Origin: Gemmatimonadales bacterium
Lineage (GTDB): Bacteria > Gemmatimonadota > Gemmatimonadetes > Gemmatimonadales > GWC2-71-9
Reading direction: 5' to 3'
NCBI GenBank assembly: GCA_035712665.1
Contig: DASTAN010000151.1
Location: 1-51,064 of the forward strand
DNA: 51,064 bases
Below the pieces are notes generated by a model. That model had not been told where the DNA came from, ran no database searches, and was given only the letters and a program-made list of their open reading frames with translations. The position numbers and the translations under genes were made by a program. Every line of letters starts with the position of its first letter. Positions within the stretch are counted from its first letter, which is position 1. This document shows, piece after piece, positions 32,776 through 40,582 of this stretch.

Positions 32776-33806
32776 TGACCACCCTCACCACGGCCGGGCG
32801 CCGGACCCTGGCGGCGGCCAGCCAGTTCACCGAACTCGGCGCGCGGGGCGAGGTGCGCTTCCTCGGCATCCAGCCGCGCAGCGTGCTCAACGCCCCCTCG
32901 AGCACCGGGATGGCGTTCTGGTCGCTCAACCCGTACGTCGGCTGCGAGTTCGGCTGCGCGTACTGCTACGCCCGGCGCACGCATCGCTGGACGGTCGAGA
33001 AGGCCGCCAACACCCCGGGGGCCTGCGCAGCCGTGCGCGAAGCGGCCACGTTGCCGAGTGCGCACGCCTTCGAGCGGCGCATCCTCGTCAAGGAGAACGC
33101 CGAGGCGTTGCTCCGTCGGGCGCTCCCGGCGGGGCGCGCCGAGGCGCTCCCCATCGTCATCGGTTCGGCCACCGATCCCTACCAGCCGGCCGAACGCCGG
33201 TTCCGGCTGACGCGGTCGGTGCTCGAGGTCTTCCGCGCCCACGAGGGCTACAAGCTCACGCTCATCACCAAGTCCGCGTTGGTGGCGCGCGATGCATCCC
33301 TGCTCGCGGAGATCGGTCGGCGACACGACGTGTCGGTGTACGTCTCGCTGGCGTCGCTCGATGGCGCGCTGCTCCGCTGCCTCGAGCCCCGGACGCCGGC
33401 GCCGCACGCACGGCTCCGGGCGATGCGCCAGCTCGCCGATGCCGGCGTGCGGGTGGGCGTCCTGATCGCGCCGGTGCTCCCCGGGCTGACGGACAGTCGT
33501 GGCGCGCTGCGGGCGCTGCTTGCCGCGGCGCGTGATGCGGGGGCCCGGATGGCGGGCGGCGGGCCGCTCCGGATGGGCCCGGCGACCCGACACGTGCTGC
33601 TCCCCTGGCTCGACGAGCATCGCCCGGCGCTGGCACGTCGCTACCGTCGACACTTCGCCAATCGACAGGGGGTCGAGCCGTCGTATGCCGCAGCCCTCGC
33701 CGAGCGGATGGCGACGCTGCAGGCCGAGCTGGGCTATGACGTGAAGGATGGGATGCGGCGGGAGCGGCCAACGCGGGCAGGTGCACAGACCGAGCTCTTC
33801 GCATGA
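32775..33806 (+). CDS. Radical SAM protein, PA0069/SplB-like (COG1533) family
   Basis: Within ORF 32703-33806. ATG 32775. Contains LNPYVGCEFGCAYCYAR (CxxxCxxC cluster), ...SATDPYQPAE..., ...LITKSALV.... Confidence 0.82.
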   Translation: MTTLTTAGRRTLAAASQFTELGARGEVRFLGIQPRSVLNAPSSTGMAFWSLNPYVGCEFGCAYCYARRTHRWTVEKAANTPGACAAVREAATLPSAHAFERRILVKENAEALLRRALPAGRAEALPIVIGSATDPYQPAERRFRLTRSVLEVFRAHEGYKLTLITKSALVARDASLLAEIGRRHDVSVYVSLASLDGALLRCLEPRTPAPHARLRAMRQLADAGVRVGVLIAPVLPGLTDSRGALRALLAAARDAGARMAGGGPLRMGPATRHVLLPWLDEHRPALARRYRRHFANRQGVEPSYAAALAERMATLQAELGYDVKDGMRRERPTRAGAQTELFA

Positions 33807-33880
33807 CGGAGACCGGAGACCAGCGATCGGAGATCAGGGGGTGCACCTCCGATCTCCGATCGCCGATCGCTCATCTCCGG
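33807..33880. repeat. Heptamer-array hairpin R11
   Basis: CGGAGACCGGAGACCAGCGATCGGAGATCAGGGGG - TGCA - CCTCCGATCTCCGATCGCCGATCGCTCATCTCCG. It lies between convergent genes, so it may act as a bidirectional terminator. Confidence 0.9.
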
Positions 33881-33884
33881 CGCA

Positions 33885-35780
33885 TCAGCGCCGCGCGCAG
33901 GGCTGGTCCAGCGCCGGCCGCGTCGCCTGGTTCCCCAGCTCGACGGCGAGTTCGTGGATGAACTGCGTGATCGTCGCGTAGTGCGGATAGTCGATGTACT
34001 GCGGCTCGTCGGTCACCTGGTGGTAGTCCGCGTGCAGCCCGGTGAAGAAGAAGACGATCGGGATGCACTTCTCGGCGTACCGGGTGTGGTCGCTGCGGCC
34101 GTAGAGGTTGTTGTAGCCGGGCCAGCGGACGACGCCGTTGACGTTGGTGCCCAGCGTCGGGTCGTCGAAGCGGTCGTCGAGATGGATCGGCGTCGTGCGC
34201 TTGGCGTTCACCGCCTCGAGCGTCGCGCCGAGTGACCGGCTGAGGCGGTTCGCCCCGAGGACGCCGACGTAGGTGTCGCCGCCGCCGATCACGTCCTCGG
34301 CCCGGCCGCGCCCGACCATGTCGATGTTGATCGTCGTCACGATCGAGTCGACCGGCACCGTCGGGTTCGAGGCGAAATGCCGCGAGCCGTGCATCCCCGA
34401 CTCTTCGGCCGTGTGCCACACGAAGACCATCGAGCGCTTCGGCTTCACCGGCATCGCCTGGATCGCTTCGGCGATCTCGAGCACGGCCATCGAGCCCGAG
34501 CCGTCATCATCGGCCCCGTTGTTGATCGAGTCCATCCGCGCCGGACGGATCGCACGGAGGGCGGCGACGTCCACCGGCGGCAGCGCGGCCGCGAGGGCCG
34601 GCGATACCGGCAGCAGGTCACCGGTGAGCATCTGGGCCCGGAGGCGGATCATCGCCGCGGCACGCGCCGAGTCGTGCTCGACCGGCGTGCTGCGGAAGCC
34701 GACGTGGTCGTTGTGCGCACCCAGCACGACGTACTGGCCGCGCAGCGCCGGGTCGGAGCCCGGGATCATCGCCACGACGTTGCGGCCGTAGTTGGTCGGC
34801 GTCTCCATCCACTGGTACGTCGCGCTGACCGCGCGGCCGGCGGTGCCAGGCGTCGCGTTCGCGAGCGGCATCCCGAGCAGCGCCGATGCGGCCGAGCTCG
34901 TGAGGCGGAACTGCTGCGGCGGGGCCGGCGGCGCGGCCGCGGGGCCACGACCTGTGGCCGCCTGCTGCCCACCGTTCACCGAATCGACGAACGCCTGCGC
35001 GCGCGCGGCGGTCATCCCGCTCGGCATCATCCCGCCGATGAGGGCCCCCTGGCGCACCACGCCGACGCCGCCCTTCCCGTCGCTCACCAGCACGTCGCCT
35101 GCCACCACGCTGCGCTTCGCGTCCGCGGCGTTGAACGTCGCCATCGGCTCGTTGATCGCGGCGCGCTGTGCCGGCGTCAGCGCATCGAGGTTCACGGTGG
35201 CGATCGCCGCCGCCTCGCGCAGGCGCTGCATCCAGGCCCCGGCAAAACCGCCACGCCCGCCGGTCGGCGCCGGTGTGGCGCCGGCGGCGAGGATCACGAA
35301 CTTCCCCTTCGCCTGGTCGGGCGTGATCATCGTCGTCGTGTCACCCGACACGCCGCCGTAGATGACCGGGACGTTCTTCATCGGGGCCGGCGCGCGGGTG
35401 CCCGGGACCGGGACGAAGTCGTCGTTGAACCGGAGCGTCGCGCCACGCGTGGCAAGCGTCGTCTTCGCGCCGAACTTGCGCTGGATGTACGGCAACGTCT
35501 GGAAATAGCCGCCGTTGTCGCCAGCCGGCGCGATGCCGAGGCGCTGCAGTTCGCGCGCGATGTAGTTCGTGCCGCGCTCGTTGCCGACGCGGCCCGACTG
35601 GCGGCCCTCCATCGAGTCATCGGCGAAGATGTACAGCCGGGTCATCAGGTCGGCGGCCGTGACCGCGCCGGTCGTCGGCCGCGGGGCCAGCTTCTCGGGA
35701 TAGCCGTAGGTGTTGAGCGGGGCCTGCGCCGACACCGGCGCAGCGAGGAGGAGCAGCAGGGACGGCAGCAGGCGACGCAC
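33885..35780 (-). CDS. M28-family aminopeptidase, secreted
   Basis: ORF 33885-35873. GTG 35780 gives VRRLLPSLLLLLAAPVSAQA. Contains LGAHNDHVG, DDDGSG, EESGMHGS and DYH motifs. Confidence 0.85.
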   Translation of the reverse strand: MRRLLPSLLLLLAAPVSAQAPLNTYGYPEKLAPRPTTGAVTAADLMTRLYIFADDSMEGRQSGRVGNERGTNYIARELQRLGIAPAGDNGGYFQTLPYIQRKFGAKTTLATRGATLRFNDDFVPVPGTRAPAPMKNVPVIYGGVSGDTTTMITPDQAKGKFVILAAGATPAPTGGRGGFAGAWMQRLREAAAIATVNLDALTPAQRAAINEPMATFNAADAKRSVVAGDVLVSDGKGGVGVVRQGALIGGMMPSGMTAARAQAFVDSVNGGQQAATGRGPAAAPPAPPQQFRLTSSAASALLGMPLANATPGTAGRAVSATYQWMETPTNYGRNVVAMIPGSDPALRGQYVVLGAHNDHVGFRSTPVEHDSARAAAMIRLRAQMLTGDLLPVSPALAAALPPVDVAALRAIRPARMDSINNGADDDGSGSMAVLEIAEAIQAMPVKPKRSMVFVWHTAEESGMHGSRHFASNPTVPVDSIVTTINIDMVGRGRAEDVIGGGDTYVGVLGANRLSRSLGATLEAVNAKRTTPIHLDDRFDDPTLGTNVNGVVRWPGYNNLYGRSDHTRYAEKCIPIVFFFTGLHADYHQVTDEPQYIDYPHYATITQFIHELAVELGNQATRPALDQPCARR

Positions 35781-35841
35781 GGAAGAACCCCTGAGGAATG
35801 AGGAGATGGCTTCTATACGAGGGCGAGTGCCGGGACGTTGA

Positions 35842-35899
35842 GGCGATCGGCGATCGGAGATCCGAGGGCGCACCCTCCGATCTCCGATCGCCGATCGCC
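35842..35899. repeat. Heptamer-array hairpin R12
   Basis: GGCGATCGGCGATCGGAGATCCGAGGG - CGCA - CCCTCCGATCTCCGATCGCCGATCGCC, a near-perfect palindrome. Confidence 0.92.
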
Positions 35900-35903
35900 C
35901 ATC

Positions 35904-36383
35904 TCAGCCGCCCGGCACCTGCCTGCGCATGACAGTCAGTCGTGCGGGCCGCTTCAATTTGTGCGGATCGGGAAACGGCCGCTCCCCCACCGTCGTGAAG
36001 CCGAATTTCGCGTAGAATCCCGGGAGCTCCGATCGGAGATCGACGACCTCGATCTCCTCCTCCACGCAGCCCTGCTCGTGCGCCCAGACATCGATCGCCG
36101 CGAGCAGGGTCCGGGCGTGTCCCTTCCCCTGCGCCGCCGGATCCACCGAGAGCATCCCGAACCAGCACCGCCCCTCACGAACCGCCACGTGAACAGCGGC
36201 CGCGAGCCGGCCCGGCGCGTGATCCACCACGAGGAACGCCGATTGCGGGGCCGAGCAACGGGCGGTGACATCCGCCGCCGAGGTCCGGTCGCCGTTGATG
36301 AAGAAATCCTCGACGCGGTAGGCCGCGTTGACGACGCGGACGACCTCGGCGATATCGTCAGGAGTGGCGTGGCGTGCGTGCAC
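35904..36383 (-). CDS. GNAT-family N-acetyltransferase
   Basis: 159 aa with a GTG start. Contains ...WFGMLSVDPAAQGKGHARTLLAAI... (acetyl-CoA binding Q/RxxGxG/A-like) and ...FYAKFGF. Confidence 0.8.
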   Translation of the reverse strand: MHARHATPDDIAEVVRVVNAAYRVEDFFINGDRTSAADVTARCSAPQSAFLVVDHAPGRLAAAVHVAVREGRCWFGMLSVDPAAQGKGHARTLLAAIDVWAHEQGCVEEEIEVVDLRSELPGFYAKFGFTTVGERPFPDPHKLKRPARLTVMRRQVPGG

Positions 36384-36400
36384 GGGGAGAAGTTACAGCC

Positions 36401-37198
36401 ATGCGCATCCTGGCTGCGGTCCTCCTCCTTCCGGTCCTGCTCGCGGCGCAGGCTCCGATGCCGCTGGCGGTAGGCGAGACCTTCACTCTCGCCTCACAGG
36501 CCCTCGGCGAGACCCGCACGATCAACGTCTATGCACCACCGGGCCATCCGTTGCGCGGCGGCCCTCCCCTCCCGGTGCTGGTGATGCCCGATGGCGGCCT
36601 CGCGGAGGACTTCCTCCACGTCGCGGGGCTGGTGCAGGTCGGCGCCGGCAACGGCACGATGCGCCCGATGCTGCTCGTCGGCATCGAGAACACCGCCCGG
36701 CGACGCGATCTCACCGGCCCGACGACCGTTGCGGGGGACAGCGCCATCGCCCCCGTCGTCGGCGGATCGGCGGCCTTTCGCCGCTTCCTGCGTGACGAGC
36801 TGCTCCCCGTGATCGCCGAGCGCTACGGCGTCACCGATCAGCGCGCGATCGTCGGCGAGTCGCTCGCCGGACTCTTCGTGCTCGAGACCCTGTTCGTCGA
36901 GCCGGACCTGTTCGACACCTTCATCGCGATCGACCCCTCGCTCTGGTGGAACGACGGCGCGCTGGTGCGTGCCGCGTCCTCGCGCGGTGCGATGACTGGC
37001 ACGCAGGGCGAGACGGTCGTGATCGCCCACAGCGACCAGGCCGAGATCGCGGCCGCCTCCGCGGCCCTCGCGGCGTCGCTGCGCGGGAGCCGGCACGTCA
37101 CGACGCACCTGCTGCCGTTCCCGCGGGAGACACACGCCACGATCTATCATCCCGCGGCACTGGCGGCATTCCGCCTGGTGCTGGCCCCGCTTCCCTGA
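36401..37198 (+). CDS. Secreted alpha/beta hydrolase (putative esterase family)
   Basis: Within ORF 36374-37198. ATG 36401 gives MRILAAVLLLPVLLAAQA. The GESLAG nucleophile elbow is present. DPSLWW is typical of the esterase_D/enterochelin-esterase-like fold. Confidence 0.72.
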   Translation: MRILAAVLLLPVLLAAQAPMPLAVGETFTLASQALGETRTINVYAPPGHPLRGGPPLPVLVMPDGGLAEDFLHVAGLVQVGAGNGTMRPMLLVGIENTARRRDLTGPTTVAGDSAIAPVVGGSAAFRRFLRDELLPVIAERYGVTDQRAIVGESLAGLFVLETLFVEPDLFDTFIAIDPSLWWNDGALVRAASSRGAMTGTQGETVVIAHSDQAEIAAASAALAASLRGSRHVTTHLLPFPRETHATIYHPAALAAFRLVLAPLP

Positions 37199-37218
37199 CG
37201 CCGCACGCCGAGCGCCCC

Positions 37219-38892
37219 GTGTCCATTCCCTCCGATATCGCCATCGCGCAGGCTGCCACCCTCCGGCGCATCACCGACGTGGCCGCCGACATCGGTCTTG
37301 GCCCCGACGACATCGACCCGCACGGTCACTACATGGCGAAGCTGCCGCTCGCGCTCGCCGAGCGACCGGCCAAGGGAAGGCTGGTACTCGTGACCGCGAT
37401 CTCGCCGACCCCGGCGGGCGAGGGGAAGAGCACGGTGAGCGTCGGCCTCGCGCAGGCGCTCCGGCGGATGGGGACCAATGCCGTGCTCGCGATCCGCGAG
37501 CCGAGTCTCGGCCCGGTCTTCGGCGTGAAGGGCGGCGCCGCGGGCGGCGGCTACGCCCAGGTGCTGCCGATGGAACAGATCAACCTGCACTTCACCGGCG
37601 ACTTCCACGCGATCGCGTCGGCCCACGCGCTGCTCTCCGCGATGATCGACAACTCGCTGCAGCAGGGCAACCCGACCGACCTCGACCCGCGGCGCATCAC
37701 CTGGCCGCGCACCATCGACATGAACGATCGCGCGCTGCGGCACGCCGTCATCGGCCTCGGCGGCGCGGCCCACGGCATCCCGCGCGAGGAGCGCTGGGTG
37801 ATCGTCCCCGCGAGTGAGATCATGGCGATCGTGGCGCTGTCGAGTTCGCTCGCCGACCTGCGCGCGCGCCTCGGCCGCATCATCGTGGGGCGCACCGCCG
37901 GTGCCGAGCGGCTGCCGGTGCGCGCCGCCGATCTCGGGGCCAGCGATGCGATGGCCATCCTCCTCAAGGACGCCCTGCGTCCGAACCTGGTGCAGACCCT
38001 CGAGGGTGGTCCGGCCCTCGTCCACGCCGGGCCATTCGGCAACATCGCGCACGGCTGCAACTCGATCGTCGCGACGCGGAGTGCGCTCGCGCTTGGCGAT
38101 GTCGTGATCACCGAGGCAGGCTTCGGCTCCGACCTGGGCGCCGAGAAGTTCTTCGACATCAAGTGCCGCGTCGGCGGGCTGCGGCCCGAGGCGGCGGTGC
38201 TCGTGGCGACGATCCGCTCGCTCAAGATGCAGGGCGGTGCCGCGAAGAACGCGCTCGGCATCGAGAACCTCGAGGCGCTGCGGCGCGGCCTGCCGCACCT
38301 GGCGCATCACGTCCGCAACGTGCGCCAGTTCGGGGTGCCGGTGGTGGTGGCAATCAATCGCTTCGTCGCCGACACGCCGGCCGAGGTCGCGATGCTGCAG
38401 GCCTACGGCGAGGAGATCGGCGTCGAGGTGGTGCACTGCGATGTCTGGGCGAGGGGCGGCGAGGGCGGCCTCGCCCTTGGCGAGGCGGTGCTCCGCACGC
38501 TGGCCGAAGGGCAGGCCGACTTCCACCCGCTCTACGATGCCGCGCTGCCGATCAAGGAAAAGATCCTGGCCGTCGCGCAGCGAGTCTACGGCGCCGAGGG
38601 CGTGGACTACACCACCGCGGCCGCGCGCGCGATCGAGGATCTCGAGGCGATCGGGATGGGCGCGACACCGGTCTGCATCGCCAAGACGCAGTATTCGCTC
38701 ACGGATGACCCGACCCGCCTTGGCGTCCCGAGCGGCTTCCGCATCACCATCACCGAAGTCACCGGATCCGCGGGCGCGGGCTTCGTCGTCGCGAAGGCCG
38801 GCGACATCATGACGATGCCCGGCCTGCCCAAGGTCCCGGCCGCGGTCGGGATGCGGATCGGCGTGGACGGCCGGGTCGACGGGCTGTCCTGA
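37219..38892 (+). CDS. fhs: Formate--tetrahydrofolate ligase
   Basis: Within ORF 36946-38892, with GTG at 37219. Contains SDIAIAQ..., TPAGEGKSTVSVGL, GGAAGGGYAQV, HAGPFANIAHG-like (HAGPFGNIAHGCNS) and CIAKTQYSLTDDP. Confidence 0.95.
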   Translation: MSIPSDIAIAQAATLRRITDVAADIGLGPDDIDPHGHYMAKLPLALAERPAKGRLVLVTAISPTPAGEGKSTVSVGLAQALRRMGTNAVLAIREPSLGPVFGVKGGAAGGGYAQVLPMEQINLHFTGDFHAIASAHALLSAMIDNSLQQGNPTDLDPRRITWPRTIDMNDRALRHAVIGLGGAAHGIPREERWVIVPASEIMAIVALSSSLADLRARLGRIIVGRTAGAERLPVRAADLGASDAMAILLKDALRPNLVQTLEGGPALVHAGPFGNIAHGCNSIVATRSALALGDVVITEAGFGSDLGAEKFFDIKCRVGGLRPEAAVLVATIRSLKMQGGAAKNALGIENLEALRRGLPHLAHHVRNVRQFGVPVVVAINRFVADTPAEVAMLQAYGEEIGVEVVHCDVWARGGEGGLALGEAVLRTLAEGQADFHPLYDAALPIKEKILAVAQRVYGAEGVDYTTAAARAIEDLEAIGMGATPVCIAKTQYSLTDDPTRLGVPSGFRITITEVTGSAGAGFVVAKAGDIMTMPGLPKVPAAVGMRIGVDGRVDGLS

Positions 38893-38895
38893 GCG

Positions 38896-39387
38896 CTACT
38901 GCGTCGGCGCCATCGCGCGGATCTGCGCGACGACCGAGTCGGCGAGCGCGTTCGGAATCGGGATCGTGAGGTTGTACTGCACGATCTTCCATCCGGCCTC
39001 GTCCTTCCGGAGCACGCCGGTCCCGCGGGTCTCGCCGTAGTTCGCGTTCTGCAGCCGCTCGTCGAACCACGCGGTGTGCCCGTCGGCATCAAGGAAGACG
39101 TGGCGCTCGGTCTTGTCGTACGTCCATCCCTTGGACTGGCTGGCGTAGCCGCGGAACTGGTCCACCGTCCACCGCTCGGTGGCGTCGGTGCCGAAGAAGA
39201 CCGCGTCGGTCGCGAAGAGATCGAAGTAGCGGTCGAAGTCCCCGGCCGCGGCCAGGGTGTGCAGCGCGGTGAGGACGCTGTCCACCGCGGCGGTCTCGGT
39301 CGCGGTGTCGACGGCGGGCGGTTCGGCCGCGGGGGCGCACGCCCCGACCAGCGAGGCGGCGAGCAGCAGGGCAACGTGACGGCGCAT
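38896..39387 (-). CDS. NTF2/SnoaL-like (DUF4440-type) lipoprotein
   Basis: 163 aa from ATG 39387, reading MRRHVALLLAASLVGAC (lipobox). Contains ...AAGDFDRYFDLFATDAVFFGTDATERW...GWKIVQYNLTIPIPN, an NTF2-fold pattern. Its start overlaps the stop of the LLM gene. Confidence 0.55.
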   Translation of the reverse strand: MRRHVALLLAASLVGACAPAAEPPAVDTATETAAVDSVLTALHTLAAAGDFDRYFDLFATDAVFFGTDATERWTVDQFRGYASQSKGWTYDKTERHVFLDADGHTAWFDERLQNANYGETRGTGVLRKDEAGWKIVQYNLTIPIPNALADSVVAQIRAMAPTQ

Positions 39388-40433
39388 CAGGGACTCCCGG
39401 CGGTGGTGGGATCGAGGAGGGCGTGCACGCGCGGGATCACCGCGGTGCCATAGAGGTCGATGCAGCGCAGCAACGCGTCGTGCGGCAGCGTCCCGGCGCT
39501 GTACTTGAGGTCGAACCGTTGGACGCCGAGCGCCCCGACCGTCGCCGCGATGCGCTGCGCGACCGTGTCGGGGGAGCCGACGTAGAGCGATCCGTGCTCG
39601 CACTCGTGATCGAACTGGCCACGGGACATCGGTGCCCAGCCGCGCTCGGCACCGATGCGGGCCATCATCTCGCGGAACGGCGGCCAGAAGGTCTCGCGCG
39701 CCGCGGCATCGGTGTCGGCGACGAAGCCGGGCGAATGCATCCCCACCGGCAGCACCGGGCGCCCGAACTCGCCGAGCGAGCGGTGATAGAGCTCGACATA
39801 GGGCACGAACCGCCGGGGATCGCCGCCGATGATCGCCAACATCAGCCCGAGGCCGTGGCGCGCGGCACGCACCACCGACTTCGGGGAGCCGCCGACACCG
39901 ACCCAGGTGGTGAGCGGCGTGCGCTCGACGGTGGGATAGACGCGCTGCGCGACGAGGGGGCCGCGCGTCTGGCCCCGCCACGTCACCGCTTCCTGGGTCA
40001 GCAACTGCACGAGAAGCTCGAGCCGCTCCTCGAAGAGGAGCTCGTATGCCTCGAGCGGCAGCCCGAAGAGCGGGAACGACTCGGTGAACGAGCCGCGGCC
40101 GACGATGATCTCCGCGCGGCCGTTCGCGACGGCATCGAGCGTCGCGAACCGCTGGAAGACACGTACCGGGTCATCGGATGACAGCACCGTCACCGCGCTG
40201 CCGAGCCGGATCCGCTCGGTGCGCGCCGCGATCGCCGCGAGCACGACCTCCGGCGCGGAGATCGCGAAATCGGCGCGGTGATGCTCGCCGACCCCGAAGA
40301 ACGCGACACCGACGCGGTCGGCCAGTTCCGCCTCGGCGATCACGTCGCGGATGACCTGCGCGTGCGACCGGACGGTGCCATCCGCATCGCGGGTGATGTC
40401 ACCGAAGGTGTCGAGGCCGAGCTGGAGCGCCAT
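39387..40433 (-). CDS. LLM-class (luciferase-like) flavin-dependent oxidoreductase
   Basis: 348 aa from ATG 40433, reading MALQLGLDTFGDITRD.... Contains ...FGVGEHH... and ...LLAIIGG.... The 51 codons upstream in ORF 39387-40586 are translated heptamer repeat (LTTHDSR). Confidence 0.8.
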   Translation of the reverse strand: MALQLGLDTFGDITRDADGTVRSHAQVIRDVIAEAELADRVGVAFFGVGEHHRADFAISAPEVVLAAIAARTERIRLGSAVTVLSSDDPVRVFQRFATLDAVANGRAEIIVGRGSFTESFPLFGLPLEAYELLFEERLELLVQLLTQEAVTWRGQTRGPLVAQRVYPTVERTPLTTWVGVGGSPKSVVRAARHGLGLMLAIIGGDPRRFVPYVELYHRSLGEFGRPVLPVGMHSPGFVADTDAAARETFWPPFREMMARIGAERGWAPMSRGQFDHECEHGSLYVGSPDTVAQRIAATVGALGVQRFDLKYSAGTLPHDALLRCIDLYGTAVIPRVHALLDPTTAGSP

Positions 40434-40436
40434 GAA

Positions 40437-40489
40437 AGTCGTGAGTCGTGAGTCGTGAGTCGTGAGTCGTGAGTCGTGAGTCGTCAGAC
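40437..40489. repeat. Tandem heptamer array R13: (GTGAGTC) x6 perfect
   Basis: Six identical units at 40441-40482 with degenerate flanks. It begins 4 nt upstream of the LLM start codon and lies about 95 nt downstream of the regulator stop. Confidence 0.95.
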
Positions 40490-40582
40490 GTGCTGGTCGA
40501 GGACGATCTGCCACCCTTGGGCCGGGTCCCCGGCGAACGGGGCGGAGCCGAGCGCCTCGCAGAACTGGCGCGACGCGACAGG

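Noticed and set aside
36384-36400. Only 17 nt between the divergent GNAT (GTG 36383) and esterase (ATG 36401) starts, suggesting overlapping promoters or a mis-called start
   Set aside because: No alternative in-frame start gives a better N-terminus for either protein. This is noted as an annotation caveat rather than a finding.
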